A DNA stretch of 64,000 nucleotides from an uncultured delta proteobacterium (lineage in GTDB: Bacteria; Desulfobacterota; Binatia; UBA9968): positions 1 to 64,000 of the forward strand of contig CAWJZV010000024.1 of assembly GCA_963847445.1 (NCBI GenBank), in the 5' to 3' direction. Within the stretch, counting starts at the first letter, position 1; the number at the start of each line of letters is the position of its first letter. Below are positions 51,395 to 61,389 of this stretch, in pieces. The notes under the pieces were generated by a model. The model had not been told where the DNA came from. It was given only the letters and a program-made list of their open reading frames with translations, and did no database searches. Position numbers and translations under genes: made by a program.

Positions 51395-52882
51395 TCAACT
51401 GCGGCGCGCGATTCGGACGATGATCGGCAAGATGAGCAGCAGTAACGAGACGGCCAGGATGCTCGCCGAGATCGGATGGGTGATGAAAACTGACGGATCG
51501 CCTTGGCTGATCGCCAATGCGCGGCGGGCTTGGGTTTCGGCCAGGGGGCCGAGGATGAGGCCGATGACCGCGGGGGCGACGGGGATGTTCCAGCGGCGCA
51601 TGGCGAAGCCGAGCAGGCCGAAGACGTAGAGTGTGATCAAATCCACCACCGATTGATGCAAACTGTACGCGCCGAGGGTGGCGAATACTAAGATGCCGGC
51701 GTAAAGCAGCGGTTGCGGGATCGTCAGAACTTTCACCCACATGCCGACTAGCGGCAAGTTGAGTATCAGCAGCAAGGCATTGCCGATATACAAACTGGCT
51801 AACAGTCCCCAAACCAAATCCGGCTGCATCTGAAACAGCAGCGGCCCCGGCGAGATGCCGTAGTTCTGAAACGCGCTGAGCAACACCGCGGCGGTGGCCG
51901 AAGTCGGAATGCCAAGCGTTAATAGCGGCACCAGTGCGCCGGTAACCGAGGCATTGTTGGCCGCTTCGGGACCGGCGACGCCTTCGATGGCGCCGTGGCC
52001 GAATTCTTCGGGATGTTTCGTCAGTCTTTTTTCCGTCGCATAGGACAGGAAGGTGGGAATCTCGGCGCCGCCCGCTGGAATCGAGCCGAAAGGGAACCCG
52101 ATGGCGGTGGCGCGCAGCCAGGCGGGCCAGGAACGTTTCCAGTCTTCCTTCGACATCCATAGCGAACCTTTGATCTGTTCCATCTTCTCTTCGAGGCGGC
52201 TCGCGTAGGCTCCGACATAGAGCGCCTCGCCGACGGCGAACAGGCCGACGGCGAGCACGACCACGTCGATGCCATCCAACAGTTCCGGCACGCCGAAGGC
52301 GAAGCGCGACTTGCCGGTTTGACTGTCGATGCCGATGAGGCCCAGCAGCAAGCCGAGAAACAGACTGGTCAAGCCGCGCACGGTGGAACTGCCGATCACC
52401 GCCGAAACCGTCGTGAAGGCGAACACCATCAGGGCGAAGTATTCCGCCGGGCCGAACTTGAGCGCGACTTCGACGACGATGGGCGCGAGCAAGGTGACAA
52501 GAATTGTCGCGATGGTGCCGGCGACGAAGGAGCCGATGGCGCTGGTGGCGAGGGCCGGGCCGGCGCGGCCGTTCTTGGCCATCATGTTGCCTTCCAAGGC
52601 GGTGGCGATGGATGCCGACTCGCCGGGAGTATTCAACAAGATCGTCGTCGTCGAGCCGCCGTACATGGCACCGTAATAGATGCCTGCGAACATGATCAGC
52701 GCACCGGTGGGATCGAGCTTAATCGTCAGAGGCATCAGCATGGCGACGGTGAGAGCCGGACCGACGCCGGGCAGCACGCCGATGAAAGTGCCGAGCATGG
52801 TGCCGATGAAACCCCAAAGCAGATTGAGCGGCGTCAGGGCGATACTAAAGCCGTGTAACAATGAGGTGAAAGTCTCGGCCAT
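51395..52882 (-). CDS. tctA: tripartite tricarboxylate transporter large permease
   Basis: [14 protein letters not shown] and [11 protein letters not shown] motifs. Confidence 0.93.
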   Translation of the reverse strand: MAETFTSLLHGFSIALTPLNLLWGFIGTMLGTFIGVLPGVGPALTVAMLMPLTIKLDPTGALIMFAGIYYGAMYGGSTTTILLNTPGESASIATALEGNMMAKNGRAGPALATSAIGSFVAGTIATILVTLLAPIVVEVALKFGPAEYFALMVFAFTTVSAVIGSSTVRGLTSLFLGLLLGLIGIDSQTGKSRFAFGVPELLDGIDVVVLAVGLFAVGEALYVGAYASRLEEKMEQIKGSLWMSKEDWKRSWPAWLRATAIGFPFGSIPAGGAEIPTFLSYATEKRLTKHPEEFGHGAIEGVAGPEAANNASVTGALVPLLTLGIPTSATAAVLLSAFQNYGISPGPLLFQMQPDLVWGLLASLYIGNALLLILNLPLVGMWVKVLTIPQPLLYAGILVFATLGAYSLHQSVVDLITLYVFGLLGFAMRRWNIPVAPAVIGLILGPLAETQARRALAISQGDPSVFITHPISASILAVSLLLLILPIIVRIARRS

Positions 52883-53206
52883 TAGCTTCTTCCGTTAGAA
52901 ATGTTCAGCAGAACCATTTCAGTTATTCGCGCGTAGAGGCCAGCGAAAGAAAATCCGAAAGTCGAATATCGAATCAAACCGCACAAGGGAAAATCCGAAA
53001 TTCGAAGCACTCAAGAAGCCCCGCGGACCGAAACAAACCGGGGCCAAACAAATTCAAAATCAGAAAATCCAAAACAGTGAATTCAATCCTTCCCGTTTGG
53101 AACATTGCTACTAGTTTTTCAGTCATTAGAATTTGTTTCGAGTTTCGTGCTTCGGTCCGGGGGGCCGCTTTCGTGCTTCGAGTTTTTCCGTATTTTCTCC
53201 TCGTTT

Positions 53207-53707
53207 CTAGATGCCGGCGCCACCGAGCAATGGCTTCAACCATCCCGCCGGTAGATTGACGTTTAAGAATTTTACAAAGAAGAAGAAAACCAACAGACCG
53301 AGCAAGCAGCCAACGGCCAGATCACGCGGCCATTTGCTGCTGCCAAAACCGCGGGCCACGCAACAGAACAGTGCGGCTTGCGCGAGCACGAAGCCGGCGC
53401 GATGGATCAAAAGGATTTGCGCGAATAGACCGGCGCTCACCCAGATAAATGCACTCGGGGTAAAGCGATGCTCGCCGCGTTCTGCCGGGTCGTCGGCGAT
53501 GGCGTTGCGCCAGCCGCCGCTGAAAGTTTCGTAAAGGAGCCAGAGTCCCAGCAGGATGAGGCCGCCGGCGATGACCGCAGGGGCGATGTTAGGCCCGATG
53601 CGCGCGTAACCGCCGGCGCTGGGTAGTTGCGCCGTGCCGACGGCCGTGGCTGCTCCCAAAGCCAAGATGGCCAGGGAAAGAGTCAGCTCGGCGGGTTTGG
53701 CTTTCAT
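53207..53707 (-). CDS. tctB: tripartite tricarboxylate transporter small permease
   Basis: Hydrophobic 166 aa; GP...P and FL.V.LP.G motifs; lies between tctC and tctA. Confidence 0.88.
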   Translation of the reverse strand: MKAKPAELTLSLAILALGAATAVGTAQLPSAGGYARIGPNIAPAVIAGGLILLGLWLLYETFSGGWRNAIADDPAERGEHRFTPSAFIWVSAGLFAQILLIHRAGFVLAQAALFCCVARGFGSSKWPRDLAVGCLLGLLVFFFFVKFLNVNLPAGWLKPLLGGAGI

Positions 53708-53744
53708 GAGTTAGTAGATAATGGTCCCACGGTCAAAAATTCAT

Positions 53745-54030
53745 TATTCACCACGAAGTGAATCATGATCTTACGCACGCCACGGATAATGAAAATGGAT
53801 GGGATTTTCTCCATAGGCGGTCTGCTTGACGCGTCATTCCCGCGCACGCGGGAATCCAGGTTAGCCTGCGCCGAATTAGCCTGGATACCCGCTTTCGCGG
53901 GTATGACGGAACCCAGGTGACATCTTCATTGTGGAGACCCTCCCCTTACATGTATTTTCTAGGAGGCACGAAGGACACGAAGGTCTCGGATAATTAATAT
54001 TCCGAACTTCGTGCTCTTCGCGACCTCCTT
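53745..54030. repeat. nested repeat mosaic with a CGTC REP doublet at 53832-53908
   Basis: Inverted counterpart of the 10720-11010 composite. Confidence 0.85.
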
Positions 54031-54203
54031 GATAACGTGCGCGGCTTGCGCATAATATATCCGAGCGCCAAATCCAAGAGGGCGGGTTTCAAACCCGCCC
54101 CGACCGGATCCCGATCCTGCGCCTCTGCGTTCTATGCGGCCATTGCGAACTTCGGTTGCGGCTGTGCCGCGCAGTCCTTCGTGGTAAAAGGAAATCTCAC
54201 CGC

Positions 54204-55161
54204 CTATTTCGTGGTCTTGATACCGAGCGAAGCGATGATCCCGGCGATGCGCTTGGTGTCTTCATCGATGAACTTCTTGTAGGGTTCGCCGCTCAGAAAG
54301 ATCGGCGACCAGCCGAGTTTAATCAAGGTCTCTTTCCATGACGCCGATTCGGTGGCGCCGCGCACGATCTTGATCAAGGCGTCGGTCTGCGCCGGAGTGA
54401 TGCCGGGCGCGCCGAAGATGCCGCGCCAGTTGGCAAGCTCAACGTCGATTCCCTGTTCTTTCAGGGTCGGGTAGCCGTCGATCTTCGCCGGGCTGGAGAC
54501 CGCCAGGGCGCGCATGCGGCCGCCTTTGACCTGCTCGGCGAACTCGCCGATGCCGGAAACGCCGGCGGTAACATGACCGCCGATGATAGCGGCGATCGCT
54601 TCGCCGCCGCCCTTGAAGGGCACGTAATTGACTTTCGCGGCGTCAACGCCGCTCGCTTTGGCAATCAGTCCGGCCAGGATGTGATCGGTGCCGCCGGCGG
54701 AACCGCCGCCCCAGGAAACGCTGCCAGGATTGGCTTTGAACACTTTGACTAGATCCGCCATCGTCTTGTGCGGAGAGCTAGCCGGCACGACGATGATCTC
54801 GTACTCGCCGGTCAAGCGCGCCAACGGCGTGACCATGCCCACGTTCACCGGCGACCCTTCGAGGAGAATGGCGCCGACCATGACCATACCGCCGATTATG
54901 ACCGCGTTAGGGTCGCCCTTGGCCGAGTTGATGAATTGCGCCAGGCCAATCGTGCCGCCGGCGCCGCCCTTGTTCTCGAACTGCACCGATGACACCAGCT
55001 TGGCGCTTTGCATCGCATTGGCCAAGCTTACGCCCGGTCTGATCCCAGCCGCCGCCGGGATTGGCCGGAATCATCATTTTGAGACTAGGCTGGGCGTGAG
55101 CTCCGACGACCGTCGCTGCAACAGTCAGAGCCACGAGCAGGCTGGAAAACCATTTACGCAT
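54204..55161 (-). CDS. tctC: canonical TctC binding protein (frameshift near 55030)
   Basis: IPANPGGGWDQTGR, GAGGTIG, GGSAGGTDH and NWRG motifs. Confidence 0.9.
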
Positions 55162-55288
55162 AATGCCTCCTTGCAATTGACCGGTTCTCATTTCGAACCA
55201 AGTTGACGATGTATAGTAGACGGCGAATAAATTGACAAGCTTCAATTAGCTAAGTCCGGCTGGGCACTGGCCGGGCAAAACATTCAGA

Positions 55289-55385
55289 TCACGAGGTGAC
55301 AAGCGGATTGCGGGTGGTCAGCGTCGGAAAGCGGCTGAAGTCGCGATCCGCGGTCCACAGTTCTCGCACAACATCATCATCCACC
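55289..55385 (-). pseudogene. VapC toxin remnant (C-terminus only)
   Basis: VRELWTADRDFSRFP.L..RNPL immediately after the antitoxin. Confidence 0.7.
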
Positions 55386-55622
55386 CTAGCCGTCGTAAGC
55401 CATGTCACGAATCTGGTCCCAAGTTTTTGTCGAGACTCCTGGTTGAAGCCCTTGGCCTTTGAACGTGGCCTTTCGAAGTCGAAATTCGCTTGGCCGCTTT
55501 CTGTCCATAAAGAGCTGTCGTAGACCCTGTTCAATCAGTGCACTGACTGTAGTTTTTTCCCGTGCAGCCAGCTTCTTTGCCGCTTTCAAGAGGCTGTCGG
55601 GTATATTCACCGTCGTTTTCAT
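55386..55622 (-). CDS. vapB: VapB-type RHH antitoxin
   Basis: MKTTVNIPDSLL..AK..A, LIEQGLR and F.G.GL motifs. Confidence 0.75.
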   Translation of the reverse strand: MKTTVNIPDSLLKAAKKLAAREKTTVSALIEQGLRQLFMDRKRPSEFRLRKATFKGQGLQPGVSTKTWDQIRDMAYDG

Positions 55623-55634
55623 GTGGTTATATTT

Positions 55635-57352
55635 TCAGACGATGTGACTAGATGTCAAATCGCTGCCATCGAAAACATCACTAACTCCTACCGTAGCGAG
55701 CCGGGTTGCTTGAGATGCCAATTTGTCGCCTAACGCCTCAACTGAAATCTTCGCGCCGCTCTGACATCTAATCGCTCCGATTTCACGCAACGCGCGCGTG
55801 AAGAGCTCGGTACGAAACTTCTGATTCTCGCGCAAACCTTGAGTGGTTGCGAAGTATAAGCGACCGGTTTCGGACAGTTGCTGAAGCAAATCAATACCGA
55901 TCTGAGTTCGCGGCTCAGACCAACGTACGCTTATGAGTTCTTTCAAACTGGTTGATGCGTCGACGGGCAGCCCTTTAAGAAAGTTCACAATCCGGGTGGC
56001 CACAAACAGCGTGTAAATATCAGCGCGCTTGAAATGGTCGGTTTCGATCGCCAGAGCGGTGAGGCGGGCCTTGATGAAATCGCTTTCATTGAATTTCACG
56101 CCGCGCGCGATGGGCGAGTTGGGCGTTTGATAAAAGGGCGAGGCACCGAGCAACACCGGCAGGCGCGCGTTGAACGCCAAGGTCTGGATCATGCTGTCCA
56201 AGGATTCGTTGGGCAGGCCGAGGATTTGATAGGAAACGATCTTGAAACCCAGAGCGGCGGCCTTGTGCACGACGCGGAGATAGGCCTCCAGGGTATGCGG
56301 TCGCTTGGTGGTCTCGCGAACGGTTTTGTCCGAGCTGACCAGCGCCAAATTGAGATGGGAGAAGCCGGCTTGGCGCATCAGTTCGAGCAATTCGTCGTCG
56401 AGACTCAAGTAACTGATGCCGTTCATGGCGACGAATTCCATTTCCCGGTTGGGGAAGCGCGCGATCAGACGGCGGCACAGCTCTTTGAACGTCTGCTTGT
56501 AGTAGGTCAGGTTGTCGTCTTCGAAGTCGATGACGCGGTAGCCCTGACGGTAGCGCAATTGGATTTCTTCCAGCACCTGTTCGAGCGAGCGCCGGCGATA
56601 GTCGGTGCCGAAGGTCGTGTGCACCGAACAGAACGAGCATTTATGCGGGCAGCTGCGCGACGTGATCATGAAGGTCAGCGGCTTGCCGGCGAGTGTGTAG
56701 CTTGCCGGTGAGAAGTCGCTCAGATCCGGCATCGGCAGATCTTCGATGGGAAAGTTTTCTTCGATTGGATTGAGAACGACCTCGCCATTTCGTTTGTAGG
56801 CCAGATTGGCAACAGTCTCGACGGGCTTGTGGTTCTTTAGACAACGGAGAAATTCGACGAACGGCCTCTCACCTTCGCCGCGAATGACGTAATCGACATG
56901 CGGCCGACGCCAGCAGCGATTCCGGCACCGCCGAGGCGTGAGAGCCGCCCATGACGACGATGGCATTCGAAGCCTTCTTTATCCGCGCGGCCACTGCGAG
57001 AGCTTCGCGAAAATAGGGTGTGAACAGCGACGAGATGCCGACGATGTCCGGTTTTAGCAGCGCGATTTCTTCCTCAATCGCCTCGAAGGACTTGCCGAAG
57101 TGATAGTAGCGATGAAAGGTCGAGAACGGCGACTTATCCGCGACCCCATAATACTCGGTCAGGTAGCGGAGTTCCTTTGGGATCGGCACGGTCCTGCGGC
57201 CGGCGCCGCTGTGATAGTCCTTAACGATAACTGTCAATGTCCGGGAGATGTTTGTTGACCGCGGCTTTGAGGTAGCAAAGACCGATGGGTTGCAGGCGCA
57301 CGTCGGTGTCGTAGAAATCTTCGACCGGCGGTTGGATGAGCAAAACTCGCAT
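55635..57352 (-). CDS. B12-binding radical SAM protein (frameshifts near 57240 and 56905)
   Basis: MRVLLIQPP, PIGL.YL, GG.HAS, CPHKCSFC and FEDDN motifs. Confidence 0.85.
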
Positions 57353-57608
57353 TATTCTTGAAAGCTATTTTCTACTGAGAAATTCGACTATAGCATGGGC
57401 TTGGTCGAACGCTATACGAACAGTGACTTATGATCGGTTCATCAAAGGAGCGCGGGTTTTCTAACCCGCCGAATGAAATGGGCGGACAAGAATGTCCGCG
57501 CTCCTTTGGGTGTGCCGGCGGACCTACGATCACTGGCGGCTATGACGGATTTTTGTTAAGCATCGTCCAATAATGCTCCAATGCCAATTCCGTTGAGGTG
57601 CGACGGCC

Positions 57609-58677
57609 ATGAAGATCGAAAAAATCGAAACCCGCAAGCTCGAGATGCCCTACACCAAGCCCTTGGTGACGGCGACCAACAACTTCACGGTGGCGCGCGG
57701 TTTGTTGGTGACGGTGGGGACCAATGGCGGGGTGGAAGGTTACGGCTACGCCGATCTGTTTCCGCGCGCGGGGGAGACCCCCGAGACAGCGCAGCATGTC
57801 ATCGAGACTGTGTTGAAAGCCAAGGCGATGGGCAGGGAGTTGGAAGACTTGGGGCGCATTCGCGCCGATATGGATCATGCATCTGACCGGCCATCCGCGG
57901 GCGAAGTCGGCTTTGGAAGGGGCGCTGTATGATGCCCTGGCACGCAGCTATCATATGCCGCTGTCGGTGATGCTCGGCGGCAAGTGCCGCAGCGAAATCA
58001 ACGTCATCAAGATGGTCAGCGTCGGTGATCCCGAGGCGATGGCGGCGGAAGCCAAAGAGCTGGTCGCCGAAGGTTTGTCGCTGAAGCTCAAGGTCAGCGG
58101 CCGGATCGAAAAGGATCTGCCGCGGGTCGCCGCCGTGCGCAAGGCGGTCGGCGATGATGTGTTTATCAAGATCGACGCCAATGAAGCCTACGACGCCAAG
58201 ACTGCCATCCGTCTCGCCAAAGCTTTGGCCGACCTCGGCGTCGAGATTTTTGAGCAGCCGGTGCCGCGGGATCAGTTCGATGCCTTGTGGGAGGTGAAAA
58301 AGCATTCGCCGATCAAAATCGAGGCGGACCAATCCTGCCGCAACTTTGCCGACGCGCAGATGCTGATCAAAAACCGCATGGTCGATTCGATCAACACCGG
58401 CATTCCCAAGGTCGGCAGCATCGGCGAAGTCAGGCGCATCGCCGAGCTGTGCGAGGCCAGCGGCATCCGCTGCGCGTTATCCAATACGGCGGGCAGCGTG
58501 GTCGGCGACGCTGCGGCACTCCATCTGGCGGCGAGCACGCCGGGGATTGCGCCGTTATGCGAGTTGGGCGAATTCGAGGTGATCACCGGCGATCCGTTCT
58601 TCGGTCTCGCCGTGACCAAAGGCACTCTCACCGTGCCTGAGGGCGAAGGGCTGGGAGTGAGTCTGAGGGGGTTTTGA
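57609..58677 (+). CDS. mandelate racemase/muconate lactonizing enzyme family protein (frameshift near 57880)
   Basis: KLK, DANE, EQP, AD and P.G.GLG motifs. Confidence 0.85.
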
Positions 58678-58806
58678 AGAATGGAGTGATGGAGAATGAA
58701 GACTGGAGTAATGGAATAGGAGTAATGGAGTATTGGGAAGAATCCGAAACCCATCACTCCAGTACTCCAACGACTCCATCACTCCAATCCGCTTGGGAGG
58801 TTTTGC

Positions 58807-59505
58807 ATGAGTTCAGCTTTTGCCGCGGCGATGGATAAGATCGTCGCCGACTGTAACGACCGGCTCGAGTGGGTGAAGTCGTCGAAGGACAATTTGACCA
58901 AGGACGCGGCGCGGGTGCTGATCGAACAGTGGTCGAGTTTCACCCGGCATAGCCGGCAGTGTTGGGCTTACGTAGTCGGCAACTGTCCCCATGTCGAAGT
59001 GCGCAAGTTCGTCGTGACCGAGAACTTGTACGAGGAAGAAGCCCAGGAAGGCCATTCCCACTTTGAAATCCTCGCGCGTATGGGCATGGCGTTGGGCTTG
59101 ACCCGAGACCAGATCGTCAACGCGACACCGCTGCCGACAACCGTGGTGTCGATGCGTTGCTGGGAAGCGCTGACCAAGAACCGCACCTGGTACGAGGGAC
59201 TTGCCGCCAAGTCGGTGCTCGAGCGCACCAACAATCCCAACTGCGGCAACTTTTCCCATCATCAATCCGAGTATTGGACGCGCCAGTTGGGTTTGTCGAA
59301 AGAGGACACCGAGTTCTGGTGGATGCATGACTCCGTCGATCAGATCCATGGCGACGGTTCGCTCAATTTGCTCGAGAAATATCTCACCACCGACGCCGAG
59401 AAGCAGGCGGCGCTGCGCGCCGCGGAGGAATCGATGATGGCGTGGCAGATTTATTTTGATGGCTTTTATTTTGAAGGGATAAGGCGTTCGGCAGCGAAGC
59501 GCTAG
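58807..59505 (+). CDS. heme-oxygenase-like diiron protein (PqqC/CADD-like)
   Basis: ENLYEEE..GHSH, E and H-x3-D-x2-H ligand pattern. Confidence 0.75.
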   Translation: MSSAFAAAMDKIVADCNDRLEWVKSSKDNLTKDAARVLIEQWSSFTRHSRQCWAYVVGNCPHVEVRKFVVTENLYEEEAQEGHSHFEILARMGMALGLTRDQIVNATPLPTTVVSMRCWEALTKNRTWYEGLAAKSVLERTNNPNCGNFSHHQSEYWTRQLGLSKEDTEFWWMHDSVDQIHGDGSLNLLEKYLTTDAEKQAALRAAEESMMAWQIYFDGFYFEGIRRSAAKR

Positions 59506-59651
59506 ATTCGTCGCAGAACCGTTCAAATCGTTCAAGCCCCCTCTTCACATCCTCCCCCGCATCGCGGGGGAGGACGAGGTGGGGGATTGAACGGAGCGAA
59601 GCGGTTGAACGGCTTGAACGATTTGAACCCTAATTGGGAATTGGGAGATTT

Positions 59652-60749
59652 ATGGCCAAGCCGGAAACTAAAAAATCACTGCAGCAATTCGACGATGAGC
59701 TGAAGCAACTCTACATCACCGGGCAGTGGCAGTACGAAGGTTTGCTGGCGGCGTGTATCGGCGGGCCGAAGCCGCGCGGCGAGGCTTATCTTTGGCCCTG
59801 GAAGATGGTCGGTGAAAAGCTTGCCGAGGCCTGCGACGTGCTCGAAGAGAGCGTCACGGCGCGGCGCAGTTTGTTGTTCAACAATCCCGGCGTGCCGATG
59901 GGCGGCACGACGCATACGCTGCTCATGGGCATTCAGATGATCAAGGCCGGCGAGATCGCATGGGCGCATCGCCACACTTTGGCGGCGGTGCGTTTCGTCG
60001 CCAAAGGCGACGGCAAGGTGTTCACCGTGGTCAACGGCGAGAAGTGCCCGATGCAACCGAACGACTTGATTCTGACGCCGCAATGGACCTGGCACGATCA
60101 TCAGAATCCGACCAAGGAAACGGCGATGTGGGTCGATGTCCTCGACGTGCCGTTCATGCTCGGCCTCAACCAGCCGTTTTACGAGCCCTATCCGGGCGAC
60201 AAGGTGCAAGCGGTGCGCGACAAGCCGAGCGAGCATTTGCAGCAGCGCGCGGGTTGGGTGCGGCCGGTTTGGGAAAATTCGCAAAAGGAAAACTTGCCGC
60301 TGCGCTATGCCTGGAACGATATTGAACCGCAGCTGCGCGCCCTGGCCGATCAACCTGGCAGCCCCTACGATGGTGTTGCCCTGGAATATGTCAATCCGAT
60401 GACCGGCGGGCCAACCTTGCCGACGCTGAGCTGCTGGATACAGCTGCTGCGGCCCGGCGAACACACCAAGAAGCATCGCCACACCTCGAGCGCGGTGTAT
60501 TTCGTCGCCGGCGGCGAGGGCACGACGATCGTCGGTGACAAAGCGCTCGAATGGACCAAGAACGATTGTTTCGCTGTGCCCAACTGGGCGTGGCATGAGC
60601 ATGTCAACCGCTCAAAGAGCGAGGAAGCGTTGCTTTTCTCGGTCAACGATTCGCCGATCGTCAGCGCCTTCGGCCACTACCGCGAGGAACCGGAGGTTTC
60701 ATTGAGGTCGATGTCGATCCCCGCGGTGCCGATTCCAAAATCCAAATAA
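59652..60749 (+). CDS. gentisate 1,2-dioxygenase-like bicupin
   Basis: HRHT..AVRF, WTWHDH, Y.NP.TG, HRHTSS and WAWHEH motifs. Confidence 0.85.
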   Translation: MAKPETKKSLQQFDDELKQLYITGQWQYEGLLAACIGGPKPRGEAYLWPWKMVGEKLAEACDVLEESVTARRSLLFNNPGVPMGGTTHTLLMGIQMIKAGEIAWAHRHTLAAVRFVAKGDGKVFTVVNGEKCPMQPNDLILTPQWTWHDHQNPTKETAMWVDVLDVPFMLGLNQPFYEPYPGDKVQAVRDKPSEHLQQRAGWVRPVWENSQKENLPLRYAWNDIEPQLRALADQPGSPYDGVALEYVNPMTGGPTLPTLSCWIQLLRPGEHTKKHRHTSSAVYFVAGGEGTTIVGDKALEWTKNDCFAVPNWAWHEHVNRSKSEEALLFSVNDSPIVSAFGHYREEPEVSLRSMSIPAVPIPKSK

Positions 60750-60808
60750 CACCGTTCAAAATGTTCAATGCGTTCGATCGCTCGGATTTGAACATGCAAG
60801 GAGATGGC

Positions 60809-61194
60809 ATGATCAAGAACTTTGCACTGGCAATTCTCATCTTATCTTTGCCAAGTTCTGCCCATGTCCAGGCCCCCTTTTACGAAGAACGATCTGGGAA
60901 CTTTTGGATAAACACAATAAGAGTCCAACCATGCGCGGGCTCACCCGAGTGCTCCTCGCACCGGATGATATGGGCCGGCCGTTTTTTGGCCCGCCGCGCA
61001 TTTCCGCGGAGCGGATAAAAATACTGCGCGCAGCTTTTACCAAAGTGCTGAGCGATCCGGACGTCCAGGTCGATGCCCGCAAGAAAGGGCTGGAGCCAGC
61101 GCCGGTCAGTGGCGATGAACTAGAGAATTTGGTAAAAGAGCTCGCTCAGCCTGCGGAGGTGATTGAGCGGATGAAAGCGTTTCTGCAAAATTAG
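60809..61194 (+). pseudogene. internally deleted TctC-like gene
   Basis: Signal peptide plus QAPFYE joined out of frame to TIWELL..GRPFFGPP..VIERMK. Confidence 0.75.
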
Positions 61195-61305
61195 CCGCGG
61201 TAAGCGATGGTCTCCTGCTAATTTCTACAGAAACATATTCCAGAGGATTCAACTGTCGCGAGTGCGCCTGGATCTACGGGACGTAGGCAATCGACCGAAG
61301 CAACT

Positions 61306-61365
61306 CCGGAGCTCATCGAGATATTCAATAAACTGATTGCGGCAGGACCGTTATCGCCGCGGTAA
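61306..61365 (+). pseudogene. isolated TctC-like 3' tail
   Basis: PELIEIFNKLIAAGPLSPR* resembles the tails of the downstream paralogs. Confidence 0.55.
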
Positions 61366-61389
61366 AGGAAAAATCTAGGGAGGACGATC

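Noticed and set aside
57353-57608. Cobalamin or SAM riboswitch near the B12 radical SAM gene (and upstream of the MetE-like gene)
   Set aside because: No conserved riboswitch core was recognised; the hairpins there are REP-type repeats (57448-57505 and 28348-28420).
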